Shown here one piece after another: positions 45,746 through 64,000 of a stretch of DNA of 64,000 nucleotides. The position numbers and the translations under genes were made by a program. This DNA comes from Zootoca vivipara (Eukaryota), in contig NC_083281.1 in the NCBI RefSeq assembly GCF_963506605.1, positions 57,784,001 to 57,848,000 on the forward strand, read 5' to 3'. The notes beneath the pieces were generated by a model, which made no database searches, had not been told where the DNA came from, and worked only from the letters and a program-made list of their open reading frames with translations. The stretch's first letter is position 1; the number at the start of each line of letters is the position of its first letter.

Positions 45746-47133
45746 ATGGCAGTATATAGGCTAAGGCCTGGCTTGGCCTGGATGCTGGACAGCCTCCGCT
45801 GGAACAGAGCTTTCCTGGCACGTTTACCATGCAAAAGTTGCAGCCGCACTTGTTTTTCTCCGGCAGAGAAGCAGCGCACCTATTGGCAATATCTGCGGCG
45901 CAAAGTCTTGAAACCTCCCACCCCACCCTACAGCCACGTCTGCCAGGTGGGGGACCCCATTCTGCGCTCCCTGGCTGCCCCCGTGGAGCCCTCACAGATT
46001 GCCAGTGGTGAGGTGCAGACCCTCATCCGTACTTTGGTTCGCGTGATGAGGAAAGAACAATGTGTGGGTCTCAGCGCTCCCCAAGTGGGCGTGCCACTCC
46101 AGATCTTTGTGGCGGAGTTCCCCGAGAGGCTCTTTCATGAGCACACCCCCAGTATGCGCCAGGCTTGCCAGATGGCCCCCTTCCCCCTGCGTGTGGTAGT
46201 GAATCCATCCATGAGGGTGCTGGACTCCCAACTGGTCTCTTTCCCTGAGGGCTGTCAAAGCATCAGTGGATTCTCTGCTTGCGTCCCAAGATACCAAGCC
46301 GTGGCGGTTTCTGGTGAGCAGGCAATGTTATTCCTTGTAGCTTTAACACACTTGGATGAGGTGTGAGTTTTGGAGCTGGTATAGGTGTGTGGCGAGCCTC
46401 AGGTGTTCAAACTTGGCTCTATGTTGATCTTACAGGGTGTTATTAATGCAAAGGGTAATCTACATTATGCATTCCAATTGTGGGAACATAGCTAAATACA
46501 AACTCGTGGCACAAACACCAAACTTCTTTTTCCCACACTGCCTGTCAAAATGCGCATGTTTTAATGCCAAAGCATTTCATCAGTAGCACACTCACATGTT
46601 GCTCTTCTGTTATGTGGTGTGACTGTGGACAAGAGGTGTTGCAAGGGACATTTTATGTATGAAAAACGGAATGGGGAGAGTGGGTGGATCAGGGGCATCA
46701 GTTTCTCCTGCTTACTTACGCTGTCCTGCTGTGGAATATTTCATAAGTCTCACTCTTCTAATTTTTGACAGGACTGAGGGGCACAGCTGGTTTCAATAAG
46801 TGCCAGCAAAAAAGCAGGGACAGGTAGATATTCTCTGGGTGCAGGGAGCCTGCACTGGGCCTACAGCTTGGGGAAAGTTCAGTCAGATGTTCCTTCAAGG
46901 GGAGTGAGTCATTAAGGCATGGCAGGACCCCAGAGCTGCATTTCTCACTGGAGTTCCTCTTTTTCCTTTCCCCAGGTCTGAATGAAGTCGGGGAGCAGTT
47001 TAGCTGGCCGGCAAGTGGCTGGGCAGCCCGTATCATCCAGCATGAGATGGACCATATGCAGGGTGTGTTGTATATTGACAAGATGAACAGCAGGACTTTT
47101 GCGAATCTGCAGTGGGAACAGCTAAACGAGTAA
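45746..47133 (+). CDS. PDF: Peptide deformylase, mitochondrial (241 aa)
   Basis: Exons 45746-46313 and 46976-47133. Motifs [19 protein letters not shown]; Arg-rich N-terminal presequence. Confidence 0.95.
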
Positions 47134-48251
47134 AGCAGGACTGGGCCGGGGGGGGGGGGTAGAGATAGACCGCTTTTTCTCTGCCTGCTGTTTGTAAGTA
47201 CTGTATGTCCAAACCAGTGAAAGGGACAATAGAAAGAGAAGGTGGGCACTTCCAAGGTGAGGGGGGGGTTCAATGATATTTTTACTGTTTGTCATCTTCT
47301 TTACTTTCCCTATTTGTGGCATGAGGAGTGGAAGCTGGGCAGGTAAGCTGGGCATAAGCATGCCCTTCTCCCACCCCACATGGTGCTGCAGGAGTTTAGG
47401 GGGCGGGGGATACTAAGAAAGCAGAAGCAGAAGGGTAGCAATCCAGTATCTTTCAACTACTGCATGGCATTCTCTTGGCCAGTGCACTGTATAGCAGCTT
47501 GAAGGAAAATGGCTTTGTCCAATTTCAGCCAGTGAAAGCTCCAAACAGAGCCCCTCCAAACCAACCCTGAACAACTTGATCATCTACTAATGGGGCCTCT
47601 CTCCAGCAGCTCATGTGGGGGGGAGGGGAAATTCAATAAGAAAAAGCAAGGCTGATCCTGTGAGATGGCCTTCTCCAACTCCTACCTTGACTAGTGAAGT
47701 AGGCTAACATGCGGGAAGGTGGGCAAACACTTGTTAAAAGCAACAGACACCAACTAAAACTTCATAGCAATTCACAATAAAAAGGCATTGACCACCTCTT
47801 CACCTGTAATACCTCGCCATGTTTTACTTCACAACATAATATGTAACTGTATTTTAGTAATGTTTTAAGTTGTCTGTTCTTGCTTCAGTCTTCTGTACAC
47901 CACTTACAGATATTTTTAACAGATTAAGCAGTATAGAAATTAAACAATCAACTCATAATCTGTAAAGAGATTTACAGATTTACAGATTAAGTGCACCCAC
48001 AACCCCCTCCTAGCTAGCTGAATTGTGCACACAGAGCTGCTGCCCTCAACGCTCTAGCGCCTTCAGCTTGTAGGGATATGGATCACATCTGTGGTGTGGG
48101 AAGGAGATAAGACTAAGCAGAACAAAGGAGACTACCTTTTCCTTCATCTCCTGTGGAGAAACTGTGAAACAAATTGTACCATTGTATGTTGCTTGAAAAA
48201 AACCAGCTGAATATATAAGAGACAAATAGTTCCAAACACTATTTTCAACAC

Positions 48252-48257
48252 TTTATT
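48252..48257 (-). terminator. Probable VPS4A polyadenylation signal
   Basis: AATAAA on the minus strand about 1.5 kb after the stop codon, with GU-rich downstream sequence. Confidence 0.55.
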
Positions 48258-49791
48258 CTTCCATAAACTGCCCCTCCCCACACTGGAATCAACTCAAAAT
48301 TATGTACATGTGACAGAAAAGGGGGGCAGGGGGTGTACAGGCCGTTAAACCCCTTGACAGTTAAGAGGTTCTCACAGCTATTCACTTGAATTTCTAGAGA
48401 CCAAGAGCTCCCGCCCACCCCTACATGCCTTCCTCAGTAGTACTAAGACAAGAAGACTAAAGCACAGGAAAGTAGCTTTAGTGGCAGAGAAAGGTGGATT
48501 TGTTGAATTAGGAATCGGCAGTTACCTTCAGGGAAGCAAAAACCCTGCTGTGAGTAGAAGCCTATGCTTGAGCATTGTCAGCCTCCTCCACTTGTGGCAC
48601 AAGAGCCATTGCCTAGAGCCAATGGGGTGGAATAAATGAGTCCTTTGCCTCCCCATGGCATGGATTTTTAAAAAACACACTCTAGAGCCCCAGATTGCAG
48701 CAGAGACACCCCAGCAGAGGCCCAACCATGAGCAAAAGAGCCATGGGGGAGTAATGGTGGGCAGATCTCCTACATGTTGCTGCTGCAAAGGCAGCTCCAT
48801 CTCCTTTGCAGGACTTTGCCAGCATCTGTGTGCTGACAGGTGCCCAGTTTGCATTCCTTAGTACGTCACCTCTTGTGCCACAGCTGGAAGAGCAAAGACG
48901 TCATCCCTTTCTGAGAAGCAGCAGGCTTGCTGGGTTGAGCCACAGTGCCAGGATAAGGCTGAGGGGCTTGGAGCTGCAGCCCTCCTCATCTCTGCTCTGC
49001 TCCCCTGCTTTTTCTGTGCCACACATGCAAAACGCTACAAAGCTGAAGGGCAACAAATTCTGCACCACACAGCATCCTGTGGGGCAGAGCACATTTTCAG
49101 ATACCGTACCTCAAGCCATGCAACAGATCAGGCCTTGGCAAAGTAAGCTTCTTGGACAGCACTTCCAACATGAGTACCTCAACTCCAGGAGAGAGCTGAG
49201 CATTAGTTAAGCCTTGGAGTGGACTTCTCACTGGGAGAGCTTCCTGCCACTTTGGCTGAGCCAGAAGAAGGTCACACTCTTCAAAGTACGGCTCAAGCTT
49301 GGAAGTGCAGCATTTCAGATTTCAGGGAGTAAGCAATGGCCTTAGGTGAAGCCAGTTCGGTTTTCTCTTCGGGGTGGCACCAGGTGTTGCTTCCACAGGA
49401 GCTGGAAGGGGTCTCAGGAAAAAAGGGTTGCGGTATAGTGGAAGTTTCGGATTGTTTTTATTTGTATATAAACAAGCCAAGCAGCGTTAAAGGGGGGGGG
49501 GAATGAAAGAGCAACCATGAAGGCAGGGGTGTCTGGATGGGGAAAAACCAGAGCGGGCTGGGCTCAGCCTTCTCCCCTTTGTGTCCATCTCCCAGAGTAG
49601 CAATGGAGGCCGTGTCACCTCATCCTCTTCCTTCCCCAGCCAAACGGGTGCTCCAAGCAGAGACAGATTCAGTAGTAAGCTGGATGCTAACCTCTGCTTG
49701 GCACAGTCCACTGTCAGCACAAAGGGCCTTGTCTACACACACGTCCGTGGTAAAATGCCCCCCATCACCGCTGCTCCCCAGAGACACAGCG

Positions 49792-58127
<8,336 letters not shown>

Positions 58128-58500
58128 CGCATCTCCTCCCGCTGGGGCTGGGGCGGCGGCTGTTGCTGCTGCGGCTGCCGAGGCTGCTGGGCTTTGGTTC
58201 CCTCCTCCGGGCTGGTACGAGGCGGCCACCGGGAGCCCCGCTGAGGAGAGTCGGGCCGATTTCTGGGCTGCCGCCTGCAGGCCGCACCGGGAACAGCAGC
58301 AGGCGAGGCGGAGGCGGAGAGGAGGGGAAAGGGAGGCCCGAGGAACCGCGACGCCATTCGGGGGCGGGAGTGAGGAAGAGCCCGGAGGTGGTCCGCCCTT
58401 GCCGCCTCCCACGAACCCCTTTCTCAGGAGGCCGCCCGGGCTCTCCCTTCTTCTCTTCGGCTTCCGGGTTGTCTTTGCTCCCCGCTCCTCAGGGGCTGAA
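58128..58500 (-). promoter_or_regulatory. VPS4A CpG-island promoter and 5' UTR
   Basis: Very CpG-rich, with ETS CCGGAAG (minus) near 58461-58467 and GC boxes. Confidence 0.8.
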
Positions 58501-58825
58501 TGATGGCTGAGTTATGGCTGTATTTGCATTATCAAATTTGCCGGGAGTCTCCTTTTCTGACCTTTTGCTTAGCGTAGCAGGAAACGCTTCTAAACACCAG
58601 TTGCTGGGAATTGCATGTGCAGAAAGTGCTTATGTGCCCAGGTGCTTTTTGTGGGCTTCCCCTAAAGGCATCTTGTTGGTCATTGAGCTTTGCAACTCTT
58701 TTTTTCCCCTTTTCCCTACAGGCAAATGCCTAGCAGTAGATGGATGTTAATCTGAGAGCCACTTTCTCCTGCTGAAATACTTGAACATCAGTAGCACAAC
58801 TTGCTATTTCACAACCACTGTCAAG

Positions 58826-59013
58826 ACCAACTAAGTTTTTATTTTGGTATGAGCTTTCGTGTGCATGCACACTTCTTCAGATACCTAAGATACTTAAGTG
58901 TGCATGCACACGAAAGCTCATACCAAAATAAAAACTTAGTTGGTCTTTAAGGTGCTACTGAAGGATTTTTTTTTATTTTGCTTCGACTAAGACAAACACA
59001 GCTACCTACCTGT
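58826..59013 (+). mobile_element. Penelope-like pLTR insertion with inverted 5' copy (variant B)
   Basis: 13-bp TSD AACCACTGTCAAG at 58813-58825 and 59014-59026. Perfect 52-bp inverted repeat at 58823-58874 / 58896-58947. Confidence 0.88.
58846..58885 (-). ncRNA. Minimal type I hammerhead ribozyme motif (intact)
   Basis: Minus strand reads GGUAU-CUGAAGA-A-GUGUG CAUG CACAC-GAAA-GC-UC^AUACC: 5-bp stem I, 5-bp stem II, palindromic stem III. Confidence 0.85.
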
Positions 59014-59639
59014 AACCACTGTCAAGTTACTATAAATCCCATTCCAAACCAAGTCCCTGTGTTTTGTCTCAACATTTTAAACTTGCCAGATTATTTTTAA
59101 CTCTTGAGATACGTGAACATGATTACGCTGATACTTTGTGTTTGGGGCACAAATAGTTTATTTTGTAGGTAGTTGCCTCCTTGGGTTTACAGTACTTCCA
59201 AAAAGCGGAAGAATTAACAGACCTTTATTTCCTTTAGTGCGAAACTGAGGGAAACTGTGGCTTTGTGGTCTGGTTGCATTCAGGGTTTGAGCTACCAGGT
59301 GGAAACACCACGAAACTCGGAAAAACATGCTTCTGAATTACAAGTGCACAGATTTAGTTGGTGTTTGAAAACAAGGAGCCTAATGTGACACAAGTCAGCA
59401 CCTTATTATAAGATGGCAGTGGATGCACTGGACCGTTGCCTTGCCTCGGTAATGGACTGGATGAGAGCCAACGAACTGAAGCTCAATTCCACATAAGACT
59501 GAGGCACTATTAGTGGGTAACCCCCCCCCCCTAGACTGGATGGCTGGGAAGTTGCCTGCTCTTGATGAGGTTACACTTCCTCTGAAGGAGCAGGTATGTA
59601 GCTTGGGGGTACGGTACTTCCAGATCTTTTACTGTCAGG

Positions 59640-60216
59640 CAAGGGCGTACCCACCATGCGGCAAGTTAGGGCAGCTGCCCTACTCTAGAAGCAGGGCTGG
59701 TGGGCAGAGGCGGAGCACAGCCCGGCGGAGCGCGAGTTCGCCATTCCCGCCGCACCGCGCCGCACCCTCCCTCCAGCTCCCCGGCGCGCCCTCAGGCAAG
59801 GCCAAGCGCGGCGGGGAACCAGGGAGCGCGGCGCGGTGGGCGGAAACGCCGAACTCGCGCTCCGCTGGGCTGGGCTCCGCCTCCGCCCACCAGCCCTGCT
59901 GCTAGGGAGGGGCACAGCCCGGCGGAGCGCGAGTTCGCCGTTCCCGCCCGCCGCGCTGCGCCCTCCCTCCAGCTCCCCGTCGCGCCCTCTGGCAAGGCCA
60001 AGCGCGGCGGGGAACCAGAGAGCGCGGCGGGCGGGAACGCTGAACTCGCGCTCCGCTGGGCTGGGCTCCGCCTCCGCCTACCAGCCCTGCTGCTAGGGAG
60101 GGGCACAGCCCAGTGGAGCGCGAGTTCGCCGTTCCCGCCCACTTTGTGGCCCCTCCCCTTCCGTGCCTTGGCCCCTCCCCTTGCCCCCCCTAGTTTTGAT
60201 CCTGGGTACGCCCATG
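59640..60216. mobile_element. GC-rich non-autonomous hAT element with internal ~195-bp tandem units
   Basis: 8-bp TSD CTGTCAGG at 59632-59639 and 60217-60224. TIRs CAAGGGCGTACCCA / TGGGTACGCCCATG. Units start near 59715, 59912 and 60103. Confidence 0.88.
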
Positions 60217-60560
60217 CTGTCAGGTGAAGCTCAGGTGGCCTCAGTGGCATGGAGCCATCAGTTTCAGCTGGTGGCCCAGCTGTTTCCCTATCTGGACAGG
60301 GATAGCTTAACTACTGTTGTCTATGCTCTGGTAACCTTTAGGTTAGACTACTGCAATGTTATGTGTAGGGCTGCCTCTGAAGATGGTTCAGAAACTTCAG
60401 CTGGTGCAGAACTTGGCAACGAGGTTGCTCACTAGGGCAAGTGGTTTGAGCATATTACACTGATCCTAGTTCGACTGCACTGGCTGCCAATTAGCTTCCA
60501 GGTCTAATTCAAAGTGCTGGTTTTGCCCTATAAAGCCTTAAATGTCTCAGGACCATAATA

Positions 60561-60970
60561 CAGTCATACCTCAGTTTAAGTACGCCTCAGTTTGAGTACT
60601 TTCAGTTTAAGTACTCCGTGGACCGTCTGGAACAGATTAATCCACTTTCCATTACTTTCTATGGGAAAGTTCGCTTCAGGTTAAGTACGCTTCAGGTTAA
60701 GTACGGACTTCCAGAACCAATTACACTCATACTTCGGGTTAAGTATGCTTCAGGTTGAGTACTCCGCAGACTCGTCTGGAACTGATCAATCCACTTGCCA
60801 TTACTTTCAATGGGAAAGTTCGCTTCAGGTTAAGTACACTTCAGTTTAAGTACTCCGTGGACCGTTTGGAACGGATTAATCCACTTTCCATTACTCTCAA
60901 TGGGAAAGTTCGCTTCAGGTTAAGTACAGACTTCCAGAACCAATTGTGTACTTAAACCGAGGTACCACTG
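60561..60970. mobile_element. Tc1/mariner-type MITE with internal tandem repeats
   Basis: TA flanks (60559-60560, 60971-60972); TIRs CAGTCATACCTCAGTTTAAGTAC / GTACTTAAACCGAGGTACCACTG. Confidence 0.85.
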
Positions 60971-62169
60971 TACCTCAAGGACCGCCTCTTCCCATATGAA
61001 CCTACCCAGATGCTGACATCTTCTGAGGCCCTTCTTTGTGTTCCTCCTCCACGAGAGGTCAGAATGGACATGAACAGGCGTTTTCTGCAGTGTCTCCCCA
61101 TTTGTGGAATGCTCTTCCTTGGGAGGTGTTGCTGGTGCCTTCATTATACATATTTAGGCACTGGGTGTAAATGTTCCTGTTCAACCAGGCTTTTGATTAA
61201 CATCGTATAAGTCTCTAAAATTGGGGGGGGGAGGTTTATTGGTTTGTGGTTTTTTGTTCCTGTTTTTATTATGTATTTTGTGTTTTATCTTGCATTTATG
61301 TTGTGAACCGCCCTGAGATTTACAGATGAAGTATGGTTATACAAATTTAATTTTAATTAAAAATAAAATAAAAATATGTTCCAGTCAGCTGACTACTCCA
61401 ACAAAGTTTCTGGTGTCAGAGGTTTCTGGTTCAGGATTATCAGAATATCTAGAGCAGTTCCCGTAAAGTGGGGGGGGGGGAGAGAGAGGAAAGGTCGCAA
61501 TACATTTGGGTTTTTTAGTTTAGGGGGGAAACGGAAATCAAATGGAGTGCGTGTTGTTTTCTCTTGCAGAATCCAATTCAATTCAATGAAGCCGAATGTG
61601 ATAAGATTCAGAACTGACAAAAATAACTTATTCACACATGTCACACCACACTGTTCAGCTATGGAGTCTTATTTCACAAGATAGTGTGACCCCGAACTTG
61701 GATGGCTTTAAAAAGGGATTAAACCAATTCATGAAAGGGCTATCAAAGGCTGCTAAGTTATGATGGCTGCATTCCACCTCCACTGTCGGGAGGCAGCATG
61801 CCATTTTCTGGGAATCCCAAGCAGGGAGAGCACTGTTGCATTCAGGTCTTGCTTGCAGGCTTCCCACTAAGGCATGCGGTTGACCACTGTGAGTACAGAT
61901 GCTGGGCTAGATAGGGCTTTTGGTCTTAGCCAGCAGGGCTTTTCTGATGTTCTTAAAACTTGCATTGCCCTGGAAGGATGTATTGAAGGAGGAGATTCTG
62001 TAGAGTTAAAGCAGGTGGGAAGGAAGAAGGGTGCCCCCTCCCCTTTTCAGAACTTGCTACCTTATCTGTGTCTGTGACCTTAACCATTAGGTCATTTCCT
62101 TTTAAGTTACTCTGGAAAACTAACATATATTTTTGAAGTCTATGTTTTCCCACAAAGACACAAGCCAAT

Positions 62170-64000
62170 GAATTAAAACTAAAAGCATAAACACCTTTAT
62201 TATGCACAACATAAAGGTTACAGTCACCCTTAAGTCACATTTCCATTGTAATGTACAATACTATACAGTTAGCATGTAACTCAAGGGCTGGAGGGTATCC
62301 ATGTATTCTCTAGAGAGAGCACATTCCTTTGCTTGTGAAGACCATACACTGCCCACACCACCACTTGTTTTATCTGGATTTGGTAACCTGGAGACTCCCA
62401 ACATTTGAAATTAAAAACTCAGGAAAAAAAGAATTTGTTCTTGTATAAATACCATTTACAAAGAATACAAAAATAAAGTCAGTTGTACATTTTGGATTGA
62501 TTGTGGCAGTGTTACTGGTTGTGCCTCAATACCCAAGGTTAGATTCTATCAAACACATAGCTGCCAAGTTATCCCTTTTTTAAAGGGATTTTCCCTTATG
62601 CTGAATAGGCTTCCTTGTGAGAAAAGGAAAAACTTGGCAGCTATGATCAAACAGTGTGCACACAAACAGAAGCACAAACAGACCTTACGCGGGATAAACA
62701 AAAACATTTATTTGTAGTGGTTTCTGTGCAGATTTCTTGAAGAGATCTTTCAAGAAGTCTCATCTTTGGCACTTGGGGCCTTAAAGTTGCATTTGCCCAA
62801 ACTGTAAACTCCTGACTGATTTCTATAGCAGATGGGGAACCCCAAAACAGGAAAACCCCAGCTGCAGAACAAAGGAAACAGACAATGTAGGGGGGGTTGC
62901 TGATGAGGGAATAAAATTGCCATCGAAAAAATATTACTTTTGAAAGAATCAGGAACCACCATCCTTTTACACAAACACACAATCTAGTCACTGGGATAAA
63001 AAGGTAAAGGAACCCCTGACCATTAGGTCCAGTCGTGACCGACTCTGGGGTTGCGCGCTCATCTCGCATTATTGGCCGAGGGAGCCGGCGTATAGCTTCC
63101 AGGTCATGTGGCCAGCATGACAAAGCCGCTTCTGGCAAACCAGAGCAGCACATGGAAATGCCGTTTACCTTCCCGCTGTAGCGGTTCCTATTTATCTACT
63201 TGCATTTTGACGTGCTTTCGAACTGCTAGGTGGGCAGGAGCTGGGACCGACCAACGGGAGCTCACCCCGTCACAGGGATTCGAACCGCTGACCTTCTGAT
63301 CAGCAAGCCCTAGGCTCAGTGGTTTAACCACAGCGCCACCTGGGTCCCTAGTCACTGGGATAGCAAAGTGCAACTCCATAGGGAATTTGATCGTGTGCTC
63401 CATGCCCCAATGCTGAAGGGTCAGGAGCAGATGAGGGCCAGGCAATGAAGGCAAAGGTTGTACAGACCAAACACCTGTCGTTTTATTGCGCACTGCTTGG
63501 TGTCCAGATCACAGAAGCGGTTAGCGTGGCCCCCGCCCCAGCTATGGGAACCAGGCCTGGTATGGGGGGGGGAAAACAGAGTGCTATACAACTTTGAGGG
63601 AAAGTGCTATTAAAAAGGAAGTGTTCAGAGTGGGAACTGCAGGACTACCTGGGCTTTTAAAAAAATTGTTTTTAAAAGCTCATCATGGTGTTTTTTTTTT
63701 TGTAAGGTCACCTTTCACTGTGATACCAAAGCACCATTTTAAAAAGTTCTGTTAAGGCCAGCCAGAGTATCTTCTGTTTATGACTGTGTGTGTTTGGAGT
63801 TTCCAAACACACATAGCAGCATCTGGTGCTGTCCTCCATGGCACAACAGTCACGGTGCAGGTTTTGGTGCAAAACACAAGTGTTGGCAACCACCAGAATA
63901 ACACTGAATAAAAACTGGAAAACCCAAGTCCATTACAAGAGGTTAAGAAGCCATTTCTGCTCAGAGCGTGCCACTAACCCCAAGTACAGCCTTGGTTTGC
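62170..64000 (-). other. Possible distal 3' UTR of the next minus-strand gene (SNTB2 expected from mammalian synteny)
   Basis: AATAAA on the minus strand at 62196-62201 with UTR-like AU-rich sequence. No coding sequence is present, so identity is inference only. Confidence 0.3.
62999..63347 (+). mobile_element. Sauria SINE, full length
   Basis: 15-bp TSD CTAGTCACTGGGATA at 62984-62998 and 63348-63362. Confidence 0.92.

Larger units (their letters stand above)
59420..61350 (+). mobile_element. Degenerate L2-type LINE 3' portion, interrupted by two DNA elements
   Basis: LDRCLASVMDWMRANELKLN, ALVTFRLDYCN, LQLVQN-like and LHWLP remnants typical of the L2/CR1-group ORF2. Confidence 0.8.

Noticed and set aside
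58896-58924. Second hammerhead on the plus strand
   Set aside because: Lacks the CUGA core and the 5' strand of stem I.
59513-60250. Repetitive ORFs of 76-175 aa
   Set aside because: By-products of the GC-rich tandem units inside the hAT element; no transposase motifs.
60561-60970. Repeat-spacer-like pattern resembling a CRISPR array
   Set aside because: Eukaryotic context; the spacers are themselves repeated, and the region is bounded by TIRs and TA, so it is a MITE.

Overview
Vertebrate genomic DNA from a squamate reptile, probably a lacertid-type lizard (inferred from Sauria/Squam-type SINEs). It is a compact cluster of spliced genes: DHX38 (-, 3' part beyond the left edge), DHODH (-, last exon probably in the N gap 10644-10780), TERF2 (+), TMED6 (+), NIP7 (-), COG8 (+), PDF (+) and VPS4A (-), with a probable 3' UTR of the next minus-strand gene at the right end. 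Exons were traced by hand from GT/AG boundaries and frame continuity. Repeats include a young 5'-truncated L1 with a nearly intact ORF2 nested in an older L1, L2 and CR1 relics, several SINE families, and hAT and Tc1/mariner MITEs. The most notable unannotated signal is a family of five short Penelope-like (PLE) pLTR insertions. Two retain a complete minimal hammerhead ribozyme on the minus strand, four lie close to CpG-island promoters, and two begin at or next to the predicted self-cleavage site. A GIY-YIG endonuclease relic is also present. Other oddities: a ~327-bp direct duplication around an L1 fragment, an apparent imprecise intron loss in TERF2, and no HP or TXNL4B between DHODH and DHX38. 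Comparisons with human gene structure and order are from memory and need database confirmation.
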